Assembly (NCBI GenBank): GCA_041166745.1
Contig: JBEEGH010000032.1
Span: 37,329-101,328, forward strand
Source of the DNA: Acidimicrobiaceae bacterium
GTDB taxonomy: Bacteria > Actinomycetota > Acidimicrobiia > Acidimicrobiales > JACDCH01
Length of the DNA: 64,000 nucleotides
Reading direction: 5' to 3'
The notes beneath the pieces were generated by a model. The model ran no database searches and had not been told where the DNA came from. It saw only the letters and a list, made by a program, of their open reading frames with translations. Below are positions 9,512 through 18,664 of the stretch, piece by piece. The position numbers were made by a program, and so were the translations under genes. The number at the start of each line of letters is the position of its first letter. The first letter of the stretch is position 1.

Positions 9512-10888
9512 GTGCGCTACCGGCTCATTCGACTCGTCGCGGCCTTCGGGCTCCTCGCCACTGTCGCGTGCGGTGCGCGCCTCAGCAACGCCCAGTACGT
9601 CCAGGCTCGCGGGGCGGGCGGCGGAGGCACCGCCACGGGCACGGGCCAGGCCGCCACTGGCACCGGCGGGGCCAGCACCGCCGGCGGCGGCGCAACGGCC
9701 CCCGGCGCGGCCACCGGGGCCACCGGAGCCGACCCGAATGCCGCCGGCGGCGGCGCGGCCGCGGGAGCGGCGTGTACCCCACAGCACTCTGACGCTCCTG
9801 GCGTCACCGACACCGAGATCAAGCTCGGCAACGTCTCCACGATCAGCGGACCGGTGCAGAACTTCGGCGCCACCGGACGCGCCGGTGCCAAGGCCTACCT
9901 CGACTACGTCAACAACCAGGGCGGCGTGTGCGGCAGAAAACTGTCGCTCGTCAACGGCGACGACCGGCTCGACCCCGGCACGAACCGGTCCCAGACCGAT
10001 CAGTTGAAGGACCAAGTCTTCGGCTTCGTCGGCAACACCACGGTCGTCGACGACGGTGGTGCCGACGTGATCGGCGGTACCAACATCCCGAACTGCTCGC
10101 TGATCATCGGCAACACGGCGCTCAAACAGCCGAACTACTACTCCCCCAACCCGATCGCACCGGCCGGTGACACGAACGGCACGGTCGCGATCTGGAGCTG
10201 GTTCAAGGCGAACAAGGGTGCCACCAAGGTCGGCATCGTCTACCCGGACAACCCCAACGCCTTCGCCCGCGTGCAGGGCTACGTCAACGACATCACCGCG
10301 GCGGGCCTCGTCGCCGACAATCCCATCAAGGTCGCCGTCACCGAATCGAACTACGTCGGTGTCGCCAACCAGATGAAGAGCAACGGCGACGACGCCCTGA
10401 TCACCGTGCTCGAGGTCAACGGCATCGGCAAGCTCGCGCAGGCCATCAAGCAGGTCGGGTGGGACGTCAAGGTGCCCTTCTACGGGGCGCAGGCGTACGG
10501 CCCGCAGCTGCCACAGATCGCCGGCGCCAATGCCGATGGTGCGCTCATCGCGCTGACGCACGACATCGTCGAAGGTGGCAGCGCGGCGATGCAGACCTTC
10601 GCCCAGTTCTACCAAGCGAGCAGCTCAGGCCAGCCGCTCGACTTCTTCGCCGTCATGGGCTGGACCGCAGCCAAGCTCTGCGTCGACGCGATCGCCGCCG
10701 CCGGTGCGGCCCCGACGCGTGACGCCGCGATCGCCGCGCTGAACGGCGTCACGGACTTCACCGCGGACAACATCCTTGCGCCTCGCAGCCCGGCGGCGAA
10801 GCAAGGCGCCACGCAGTTCATCATCGCCACGATCACGGGCGGTGCGTGGAAGCGCGTCTATCCCGACGCGGGGTTCGCGGCTTCGTGA
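9512..10888 (+). CDS. ABC substrate-binding lipoprotein (Leu/Ile/Val-binding family)
   Basis: GTG start after AGGGGGAAC. Lipobox LATVAC, then a Gly/Ala-rich linker and a type 1 PBP body (GVTDTEIKLGNV...GFVGN). Confidence 0.85.
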   Translation: MRYRLIRLVAAFGLLATVACGARLSNAQYVQARGAGGGGTATGTGQAATGTGGASTAGGGATAPGAATGATGADPNAAGGGAAAGAACTPQHSDAPGVTDTEIKLGNVSTISGPVQNFGATGRAGAKAYLDYVNNQGGVCGRKLSLVNGDDRLDPGTNRSQTDQLKDQVFGFVGNTTVVDDGGADVIGGTNIPNCSLIIGNTALKQPNYYSPNPIAPAGDTNGTVAIWSWFKANKGATKVGIVYPDNPNAFARVQGYVNDITAAGLVADNPIKVAVTESNYVGVANQMKSNGDDALITVLEVNGIGKLAQAIKQVGWDVKVPFYGAQAYGPQLPQIAGANADGALIALTHDIVEGGSAAMQTFAQFYQASSSGQPLDFFAVMGWTAAKLCVDAIAAAGAAPTRDAAIAALNGVTDFTADNILAPRSPAAKQGATQFIIATITGGAWKRVYPDAGFAAS

Positions 10889-12894
10889 CCGCCGCGCTCG
10901 ACGCGTTGCGGGGATTCCGAACGCGCTACGGCCAGTACCTGCCGTACGTCTTGCTGGCGCTCTATGTGATCCGAGCCGTCACCAAGGCACCGAACATGGG
11001 GCAGCTCTTCGCGACGACGCTCATCGGAATCTCCGAGGGCTGCGTCTTCGCCATCGCCGCCAGCGGACTCGTCCTCACGTACGCCACGACGGGCGTCTTC
11101 AACTTCGCCCACGGCGCGGTCGGCATGATGTCCGCGTACCTGTACTGGGCACTCATCGCGCAACACGACGTACCGGTCGTGATCGCACTCGTCATCATCC
11201 TCTTTGTCTTCGCTCCACTCGTGGGCATTGCCATCGAGCGGGTGATGCGCTTCTTCAACGATGCTCCGGTCCAGACGACAGTGACCGTGACGATCGCACT
11301 CACGGTCATGCTCATCGGCCTCGCGCAGAAGATGTTTCCACCGGACAGCGGCTTTCGGCTCGATCCGCTTCTCGGCCTCAAGACCCTGCACATCTGGGAA
11401 GCCCGCCCCAGCTACGACAACATCCTCGCTCTCGTTCTCGCGGTCGCGGTCGCGATCCTGCTGCGCGGTCTTCTCTTCGCGAGCCGCACCGGCGTCGCGA
11501 TGCGTGCCGTCGTCGACAACCCGACCCTGGCCGCCCTCAACGGTGCGCCCCCGGTCACCATCGCCCGTTACAGCTGGATTCTCGGCTCGGTGCTCGCCGC
11601 ACTGGCGGGCGTTCTCCTCGCGAGCCAAACGGGGTCGCCGACCCAGATCGAGCTGACGTTCTTCATCCTGGCGGCCTACGGCGCCGCGGTGATCGGCAAA
11701 CTCAAGAGCCTCCCGCTCACGTTCGCCGGCGCCATCGTGCTCGGGATCCTCAAGAGTCAGGCCTTCTTCGTGCTTCCGAAGGGAAACTTCTGGAGCTCGA
11801 TGCAGATCGCCCTGCCGGGCGTGTTCCTCTTCCTGTCGGTACTCCTCGTGCCCGCTGCCCGCCTCAGCGTCGGCCGCATCGTCGGGGTGAAGGCACCTCG
11901 GGTTCCGAACCTACGATCGTCGTTGGTCCGAGCCGCCGTGTTCATGGGCGCGATGGTGCTGCTGTCGCGGCTCGCGCCGGCGGCCAACATCACGGACATG
12001 AGTAGGGCGCTCATCTACGGCGTGCTCCTGCTCTCGCTCGTGCTGCTCACCGGCTTCAGCGGTCAGATCTCGCTCTGCCAGTACGTGTTCGTCGGCGTCG
12101 GTGCGTGGGCGATGGGCTACTACTTCGGTGGCCACAGCATCTTCGGGATCCTGCTCGCCGGACTCATTGCCGTTCCATTTGGAGCGCTCGTTGCACTGCC
12201 CGCGATCCGGCTTCAGGGCTTGTACCTCGCATTGGTCACCCTGGGTTTCGCGGCGATGTCGCAAGACCTCGTGCTCAGCCATTCCTATCTCTACGGCGGC
12301 GGCGACGTCCGGGTCGGCCGGCTACATCTCTTGGGACTCAAGTTCGACAGCGACAAGTCGTTCTTCGTCCTCTGCGCCATCGTGTTCACGCTCATGGCCG
12401 TCGGCGTCCTCGCGCTCAAGCGCGGCCCGCTCGGTCGGCGCCTCGCGGCGCTGCGCGACAGCCAGGCCGCGTGCGCCACGCTCGGGCTCGATGTCCGGCG
12501 TACGAAACTCGTGGTGTTCTCGATGTCTGCGTTCATCGCGGGAATCGCAGGCGCGCTGTTCGGCGGCCTCAATGCGTTCAACTCCGTAGTGCAGTTCGAT
12601 CGGATCAACAACATCGTCCTGTTGCTGTTCGCCGTCGTCGGTGGCATCACCACCGTCACGGGCGCGCTCATCGGCGGTTCGCTCTTCGCGCTTCTTCCCT
12701 ACGTACAGAGCGAGTACCCCGACCAAGCCGGCCTCGTCTTCGCCGCGGTCGCCATCGCGGTGGTCGCGCTCGGCCGCCAACCCAACGGTCTCGCCGGCAT
12801 GCTGTTCGGCGCGATCTCCGGGCGCGGCAAGCCGGGCCGCGAGAAGTCAGACAACAGCACGAGTGCAAAGGAGCTCGCGCGTGCGTCGACGTAG
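10885..12894 (+). CDS. fused LivH/LivM-type ABC permease
   Basis: TYATTGVFNFAHGAVGMM (LivH-like) and GFSGQISLCQYVFVGVGAW (LivM-like). GTG 10885 overlaps the binding-protein stop (GTGA). Confidence 0.85.
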   Translation: MTAALDALRGFRTRYGQYLPYVLLALYVIRAVTKAPNMGQLFATTLIGISEGCVFAIAASGLVLTYATTGVFNFAHGAVGMMSAYLYWALIAQHDVPVVIALVIILFVFAPLVGIAIERVMRFFNDAPVQTTVTVTIALTVMLIGLAQKMFPPDSGFRLDPLLGLKTLHIWEARPSYDNILALVLAVAVAILLRGLLFASRTGVAMRAVVDNPTLAALNGAPPVTIARYSWILGSVLAALAGVLLASQTGSPTQIELTFFILAAYGAAVIGKLKSLPLTFAGAIVLGILKSQAFFVLPKGNFWSSMQIALPGVFLFLSVLLVPAARLSVGRIVGVKAPRVPNLRSSLVRAAVFMGAMVLLSRLAPAANITDMSRALIYGVLLLSLVLLTGFSGQISLCQYVFVGVGAWAMGYYFGGHSIFGILLAGLIAVPFGALVALPAIRLQGLYLALVTLGFAAMSQDLVLSHSYLYGGGDVRVGRLHLLGLKFDSDKSFFVLCAIVFTLMAVGVLALKRGPLGRRLAALRDSQAACATLGLDVRRTKLVVFSMSAFIAGIAGALFGGLNAFNSVVQFDRINNIVLLLFAVVGGITTVTGALIGGSLFALLPYVQSEYPDQAGLVFAAVAIAVVALGRQPNGLAGMLFGAISGRGKPGREKSDNSTSAKELARAST

Positions 12895-14434
12895 GCGAAC
12901 CCTTGCCGGGCTGCTCGGGGTCGCGCTGATTGCCGCGATGGGTGCCAACGGCTCAGCGCGGGCGCAGACGAGTGGCGGCCCGACCGACCTGGCCTCGCAG
13001 TTCGGCGGCTACGCCCTCGATGCCGACAGCGAGGGAATGTCGTTCACGTACGACAGTCCCGGCCTCATCCCCGGAACCCCTTCACCGCTCGCGCAGGTGA
13101 GCTTCCCCGAATCACTGGTCAACATGAACAAGAGCCCGAGCGGTTACGCACTGGCGAGCCTCGTGTATCCCGGCCCCCTGCTCGCCGACCTGCCCACGGT
13201 GCTGGCCCTCGGCGGCTTCGATCAGCAGACCGAACCGCTCGGCCCAGATCGCCCCATGACGGGAGACATCCCCGCCTACCCCGTGCGCGCCGAGGCGTTC
13301 TATCCCGGGGGCCCCACGTCGAAAGCGCAGGACGTCGGTTCGGGACGCGAGACGGTGAACACCGCGGCGGACTCTGCAAATGCAACGGCGCTCTATGGCG
13401 CGGCCACGCTTCCGCCCCTCTTCACCACCGGCTCGGCCACGTCGACCACCGAGACCCACCTCGAGCAGGGTCTCGCCGTGAGCCGCACTCGGGTCGAGCT
13501 CAGCGGCGTCGACCTGTTCGCCAGCCTCATCCACATCGAGTCGATCGTCACCGACCTCGTGTCCACGAGCGACGGAACCACCGCGGCGACGGACGGCACC
13601 ACGATCGTGAGCGGCGTGACGTTTCTCGGTCTGCCGGCCACGCTCGACGGCAGCGGCATCCACCTCGCGCCGCAGGCTGCTGTCCCCGGAGCACCCGCGA
13701 CGCTGCCGCCGCTCGGCGGTATCACCGATCCGCTGCAACCGGTCCTCACCCAAGTCAACGACCTGATCGTCTCGACGGTCGGCACAGCCAACGCCGGCAT
13801 CAACGAACTACTCAACGCCGGCGGCATCACGGTGCAACTCATCCAACCGACCGAGGTGAAGAACGGCGCCGACGCCAGCCGCCTTGCGAGTGGGGTGCTC
13901 GTCACCATTCGGTACACGGGCGACAGCGAGCCGGTGTTCGGTGAGATCCTCAAGCTGATCGACCCGACGAAGGTGCCCGCCGACTATGTCGATCCCTGCA
14001 CCACGTTCCAGCAGCCTGCGCCCTGCCCGATCCCGTTCTCATCACCGCAAACCCTCGTGCTCGCGATGAAAACCACGCATGTCGAGACCATCGGCCTCGC
14101 CGCGGGCCACGTGCATACGGGCGCGTCGCAGCCGTTCGCGTTGCCGAGCATCGGATCCGTAGGCGGCATCTCCACCCCGGGCGCGACGGCGGGATTCAGC
14201 ACGCCCACGCCCGCGCTCGGTGGTGGTGGCGGAGGTGGTTCCGGGGGCGGATCGCCGTCGATCGGCTCGGCGACCCCGCTCGGTTTCGTCGGGGGCAGCC
14301 CGCTCGCCGCGGCCGTGTCGATCATGCTCTTGGTCTTGGCCAGCTCCGCGTTTTGGTTCGGATCGGGCCGGCTGGCCGACAATGTCCTCTCCGTGGCCAG
14401 CTCGTCATGCCCAGAAGGACTCGACCGTGCCTGA
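12881..14434 (+). CDS. hypothetical secreted protein with a C-terminal membrane anchor
   Basis: GTG 12881 follows AAGGAG. Signal-like N-terminus RRRRRTLAGLLGVALIAAMGANGSARAQ. Poly-Gly tract GGGGGGSGGGS, then a C-terminal TM helix (AAAVSIMLLVLASSAFWF). Overlaps the permease 3' end by 14 nt. Confidence 0.6.
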   Translation: MRRRRRTLAGLLGVALIAAMGANGSARAQTSGGPTDLASQFGGYALDADSEGMSFTYDSPGLIPGTPSPLAQVSFPESLVNMNKSPSGYALASLVYPGPLLADLPTVLALGGFDQQTEPLGPDRPMTGDIPAYPVRAEAFYPGGPTSKAQDVGSGRETVNTAADSANATALYGAATLPPLFTTGSATSTTETHLEQGLAVSRTRVELSGVDLFASLIHIESIVTDLVSTSDGTTAATDGTTIVSGVTFLGLPATLDGSGIHLAPQAAVPGAPATLPPLGGITDPLQPVLTQVNDLIVSTVGTANAGINELLNAGGITVQLIQPTEVKNGADASRLASGVLVTIRYTGDSEPVFGEILKLIDPTKVPADYVDPCTTFQQPAPCPIPFSSPQTLVLAMKTTHVETIGLAAGHVHTGASQPFALPSIGSVGGISTPGATAGFSTPTPALGGGGGGGSGGGSPSIGSATPLGFVGGSPLAAAVSIMLLVLASSAFWFGSGRLADNVLSVASSSCPEGLDRA

Positions 14435-15158
14435 TCACCCGCCGCGCACGCGCCCGTTGACCGTCGCCTCGCTCGCGGAACCGGCGGCAACGGCGCCGGC
14501 CGCGCCGCGGGACGATCTCGCCGTGGACGACGTGGTGATCGTGCCCCAGACGTCCACACCCGGCGATGCCGCCGCGGCATCAGAGGCGAGCGGGTATCAA
14601 CGCCTCGCCGAAGGTGTCCGGTCGCTCCGCACCGGCGGAGGCACGCTCAACTTGAGCGAACACACACTCATGGTCCTCGGCGGCGTGATCGCACCGCTCG
14701 GGCTCGTGATCGTGATCCTCGGCTGGTACGGCGCCGCGCACTCGCCATTCCTCTTCCAGCAGGTGCCGTACCTCATCTCGGGTCTCGGGCTCGGCCTCGG
14801 CCTCGTCTTCCTGGGCTCGTTCTTCTACTTCGCCCACTGGATCACCGAGTTGGTGAAAGAGGGCCGCACGCAGTCCGCCGCGATGATCGAGGCCATCGCT
14901 CGACTCGAGGAGACCGTCAAGCAGCAGGCAGGCGCCGACCGGCTCGCCGCCGCGAGCGACGATGCCGTCGCACCGAGCCCCAACGGTGCCGCCGCCGCCG
15001 CCGGCGACCTCGTGGCCACCGGCAAGGGCACGATGGCCCACCGGCCTGACTGCGTCGTGGTCGCAGGCAAGCCGGGCCTGCGGCGGGTGGCGGCGGACGA
15101 AGAACTCGTCGCGTGCAAGCTGTGCGAGCCGTACGCGGAGGCCACACAGCCGGAGTGA
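14427..15158 (+). CDS. hypothetical two-TM membrane protein with a C-terminal His/Cys cluster
   Basis: GTG 14427 follows GAAGGA and overlaps the previous gene by 8 nt. Two TM helices, a coiled segment, then HRPDC...CKLC. Confidence 0.5.
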   Translation: MPDHPPRTRPLTVASLAEPAATAPAAPRDDLAVDDVVIVPQTSTPGDAAAASEASGYQRLAEGVRSLRTGGGTLNLSEHTLMVLGGVIAPLGLVIVILGWYGAAHSPFLFQQVPYLISGLGLGLGLVFLGSFFYFAHWITELVKEGRTQSAAMIEAIARLEETVKQQAGADRLAAASDDAVAPSPNGAAAAAGDLVATGKGTMAHRPDCVVVAGKPGLRRVAADEELVACKLCEPYAEATQPE

Positions 15159-15192
15159 CCCGTACACTGCCTCGCAGGTAACGGAGGTGCAC

Positions 15193-15675
15193 GTGGTATT
15201 CGCGTGGATGTTGTTGTTCGTGGTGCTCATCCTTCTGGAGTTGCACCACCTGGCGTTTTACGCACTGTTCGTTGCGATCGGCGCGTTTGCGGCGGGCATC
15301 GTTGCTCTGGTGGCCCCAGACGCGTACGTCTTGCAGGCCATCGTGGCCACCGCGGTGTCGATTGCGGGCGTCATCCTGATCCGGCCGTACGTCAGCAACG
15401 TGTACCATCGGCACAGAGGCGGCCACGTCGCGATCGGCGTGCACGGAGGTCTCGTCGGTCAACAAGCCGTGACGCTCGACGAGGTCGGCGATCAGCATCA
15501 GATCGGCCACGTGCGCCTGGCCGGTGAGCGGTGGTTGGCGTTCACCGACGGACCCAAGATCGAGGCCGGACGCTCGGTCTACGTCTCGGCAGTGCGAGGC
15601 ACGACGCTCGAGGTCTGGCCTGTCGATCTCAAGAGCATCGAAGCGCCGGACGGCGCGGACGGGAGATTGTCGTGA
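15193..15675 (+). CDS. NfeD-family membrane protein
   Basis: N-terminal TM helices and a C-terminal OB-like segment (GHVRLAGERWLAFTD...YVSAVRGTTLEVWPV). The start is one of GTG 15187, GTG 15193 or ATG 15208. GGAGG lies at 15183-15187. Confidence 0.8.
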   Translation: MVFAWMLLFVVLILLELHHLAFYALFVAIGAFAAGIVALVAPDAYVLQAIVATAVSIAGVILIRPYVSNVYHRHRGGHVAIGVHGGLVGQQAVTLDEVGDQHQIGHVRLAGERWLAFTDGPKIEAGRSVYVSAVRGTTLEVWPVDLKSIEAPDGADGRLS

Positions 15676-16601
15676 CTGTCGGAGGCGCAATCGCGCTTGG
15701 GGTGCTCGCCCTCGTGGTGATCGTGCTGTTGAGCGCCTTTCAGAGCATGGTGAACATCGTCCAGCAAGGCCAGGTCGGTGTCGTCAAGCGGTTCGGCGAG
15801 TACCAGCGAACGCACGAGCCGGGACTCGTGTTCATTCGTCCGTTCATCGAGGCACTACAGCGGGTCGACATGCGCGAGATCCCGCGGCCGGGTGACCGCC
15901 AAGAGGTGATCACGAAGGACAACGTGGTGGTCACCGTGAACGCCACGATCTTCACGCAGATCGTCGACGCCAAGCAGGCGTTGTTCAGCGTGGCCAACTT
16001 CGACGTCGCCATCGATGCGCTCGCTCGCACCGCGCTTCGGTCGGTGATCGGCACGATGACCCTCGACCAGGCGCTCTCGGAGCGCGAGCGGATCAACACC
16101 GATGTGCAGCAGCAGATGGAAGTTGTCACCGACAAGTGGGGCATCCGTATCAGCCGCATCGAGATCGTCGAGATCGCACCGCCTCCGCAGATCCTGCAGG
16201 CACTTGCGCTGCAGAAGACGGCTGATCAGGAGAAGCGGGCGAGCATCCTGCAATCGGAAGGCCAGCAGCAATCCGCCATCAACGTCGCCGAGGGTCAGGC
16301 GCAAGCGACCATCCGCGCCGCTGAGGGCGAGAAACAAGCGGCGATCCTGCGCGCTGAAGGCGCTCGACAGGCTGCGATCCTCGAGTCCGAAGGACGCTCG
16401 CAGGCGATCACGACCGTGTACGAGGCCATCAAGGCCGCCGAGCCAGACAACAAGCTCGTTGCGATCTTGCAGCTCGACACGTTGTCGAAGTTCGCCGAGA
16501 GCGACAACTCCACGATCGTCGTGCCCTACGAGAGTGCGGGCCTGATGGGCGCGGCCCAGGTGCTCAAGGGCGTCTTAGGCGACAACGGCTCGGGCGCGTA
16601 G
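15672..16601 (+). CDS. SPFH/band-7 (stomatin/prohibitin-like) protein
   Basis: N-terminal TM, then VQQGQVGVVKRFGEY...PGLVFIRPFI and an Ala/Gln/Glu-rich coiled C-terminus. GTG 15672 overlaps the NfeD stop (GTGA). Confidence 0.9.
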   Translation: MTVGGAIALGVLALVVIVLLSAFQSMVNIVQQGQVGVVKRFGEYQRTHEPGLVFIRPFIEALQRVDMREIPRPGDRQEVITKDNVVVTVNATIFTQIVDAKQALFSVANFDVAIDALARTALRSVIGTMTLDQALSERERINTDVQQQMEVVTDKWGIRISRIEIVEIAPPPQILQALALQKTADQEKRASILQSEGQQQSAINVAEGQAQATIRAAEGEKQAAILRAEGARQAAILESEGRSQAITTVYEAIKAAEPDNKLVAILQLDTLSKFAESDNSTIVVPYESAGLMGAAQVLKGVLGDNGSGA

Positions 16602-17720
16602 GTCCGCTATGGCGGCGGCGTCGTAGCCGAGCTCGTTCAGCACGTCGTCGGTGTGCTGGCCCGCGTAACAGGCCTTGACCGCGAGCTCACCGGGGGTGCG
16701 ATCGAGACGCGGCGCTGGCGCAGGATGGCGCACCCCGTCCACCTCGATGAACGTCGAGCGGGCGACGTTGTGAGGATGCTCGGGCGCTTCCATCAACGAC
16801 AGCACCGGCGCGACGCACGCGTCCCGACCTGCGAACAACTCGGCCCACTCGTCGCGTGTTCGCGCGCGGAAGACCTTTGTGAAGACCGCGCGTAGGTCGC
16901 GCCACTGTTCGCGATCGTCACGATCGGGCAGTGCCTTCGCGTCGAGCCCGAGCCCATCGAGCAACTCCGCGTAGAACTGCGGCTCGATGGCGCCGACGGC
17001 GACATACCCACCATCGGCGCATTCGTATGTGTCGTAGAACGGTGCTCCCGTGTCGAGCATGTTGGTGCCGCGGTCGTCGCTCCAGAAACCGATCTGCCGC
17101 GCGGCGTAGAACGGGGCCATGAGCAGCGCCGTGCCGTCGACCATGGCAGCGTCGACGACCTGACCCTGTCCGTTGCGACCGGCCGCGACGAGCGCGCAGG
17201 CGATGCCGTAGGCGAGCAGCAGTCCCCCACCGCCGAAGTCACCCACGATGTTCAGCGGCGGTGTGGGCGGCCCGCCGGCCCGGCCGAACGCGCTCAACGC
17301 GCCGGCGAGCGCGATGTAGTCGATGTCGTGGCCGGCGCGGTCGGCCAGCGGACCTTCGCGCCCCCACCCGGTCATGCGGCCGTAGACCAGCCGTGCGTTG
17401 CGGGCATGACAGTCGGCCGGGCCGACGCCGAGGCGCTCGGCGACTCCCGGCCGGTACCCCTCGATGAGGACGTCGGCGCCGTCGACGAGCCGAAGCACGA
17501 GGTCTCGCCCGGCGTCGGACTTCAGGTCGACCGCGATCGATCGCCGGCCGCGATCGAGGACCGTACCCGGCGCACGCGTCGGGTCGGCGAAGGCGGCGTC
17601 GGCCAACTTGTCGACACGGACGACATCACACCCCATGTCCGACAGCACCATCCCGCAGAACGGGATCGGTCCGATGCTGGCGAGCTCGACGACCTTGACG
17701 CCGGCCAGCGGCCCACTCAC
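16575..17720 (-). CDS. mcr: alpha-methylacyl-CoA racemase (family III CoA-transferase fold)
   Basis: Close collinear resemblance to remembered M. tuberculosis MCR: GYRPGV.ERLG.GP, RMTGWG, GHDI.YI, VGDFGGG, GQVVDAAMVDG, APFYDTYECADG.YVAVGAIEPQFYA. GTG 17720 overlaps the upstream stop (GTGA). Confidence 0.9.
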   Translation of the reverse strand: MSGPLAGVKVVELASIGPIPFCGMVLSDMGCDVVRVDKLADAAFADPTRAPGTVLDRGRRSIAVDLKSDAGRDLVLRLVDGADVLIEGYRPGVAERLGVGPADCHARNARLVYGRMTGWGREGPLADRAGHDIDYIALAGALSAFGRAGGPPTPPLNIVGDFGGGGLLLAYGIACALVAAGRNGQGQVVDAAMVDGTALLMAPFYAARQIGFWSDDRGTNMLDTGAPFYDTYECADGGYVAVGAIEPQFYAELLDGLGLDAKALPDRDDREQWRDLRAVFTKVFRARTRDEWAELFAGRDACVAPVLSLMEAPEHPHNVARSTFIEVDGVRHPAPAPRLDRTPGELAVKACYAGQHTDDVLNELGYDAAAIADLRARAVVA

Positions 17721-18643
17721 CCCTCGGGCAACGAGGGTGGGGTGTGGCCGAGGCGGGTGGAGACGTCGCGGCAGGCGTGCAGGAGCGGTGCGGCGAACGC
17801 CGGCTTCGCACAGATGAGGTGACCGTCTTCGACCTTGTGGATGGTTGCGCCCGGGATCGCAAGGGCCATCTGTGCCTGGGCCAACGGTGGGATCGCGCGG
17901 TCCTTGGTCGTGATCAGCACCGCCGTCGGCACATCGATCTTGTTGATCCACTTGGCGCGGTAGTTGCTCATCGCGATGCCCGCTTCCATCACCATGCGGG
18001 CACTGTGTCGGCGCATCTCGGCGCGCGCCCACGTGCGGATGCTCGACGGGCGCGCCGCGGTGGCAACCGGGAACAGTCGTTGCACACGGCGCACCGGCAC
18101 CTTCGTCGCGATCTGTCCGAGCCGGGTGCTACCCGCCGCCACCGCCATCATCGTGGCGAAGATCCACTGCTCGCGCACGCCCGGCATCAACCGGTGCGCG
18201 GTCGAACACAGCACAAGACCTTCCACCTTCTCCGGATGGCGTCGCCACAGCAGTTGAGCGACCGGGCCACCCAACGAGTACCCGACGGCGATGACCGGGC
18301 CGACTCCGAGCACGTCGAGCGTGGCGGCAGCGTCGTCGGCGCAATCCGCCAAGCGAAAACGTCGTCCGTTGCGAATACCGCGTCCGTGCCCGCGCATGTC
18401 GACGGCGATCACGCTGAAGTGCTCGCTGAGCGCGTCGAAGACACGGAACCAATTGAGGCCGCCACTCGCCATCCACCCGTGCAGCAACAGCAGCGTCGGA
18501 GCCCCGGGGGGGCCCTCGATCTGTCGCACGAACGTCGTGCCCCGGCCGGGAAGGGTCACCCGCTTGCCCATCGGGAGCGGAGGGCCACCGACTGGATACA
18601 CGGTCAGGTCAGCGGCATGAGCTGCGTCGTCGAGCATCACCAC
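17717..18643 (-). CDS. alpha/beta-fold hydrolase
   Basis: LLLLHGW oxyanion region and nucleophile elbow GYSLGG. Confidence 0.8.
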   Translation of the reverse strand: MVMLDDAAHAADLTVYPVGGPPLPMGKRVTLPGRGTTFVRQIEGPPGAPTLLLLHGWMASGGLNWFRVFDALSEHFSVIAVDMRGHGRGIRNGRRFRLADCADDAAATLDVLGVGPVIAVGYSLGGPVAQLLWRRHPEKVEGLVLCSTAHRLMPGVREQWIFATMMAVAAGSTRLGQIATKVPVRRVQRLFPVATAARPSSIRTWARAEMRRHSARMVMEAGIAMSNYRAKWINKIDVPTAVLITTKDRAIPPLAQAQMALAIPGATIHKVEDGHLICAKPAFAAPLLHACRDVSTRLGHTPPSLPEG

Positions 18644-18664
18644 AAGGAGAGATTAGGCAGACTG

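Noticed and set aside
9317-10615. 432-aa ORF on the minus strand opposite the substrate-binding protein gene
   Set aside because: It is antisense to a gene with clear family features. The composition is dominated by Arg/Gly/Asp/Val runs typical of shadow ORFs in high-GC DNA. No motif was recognised.
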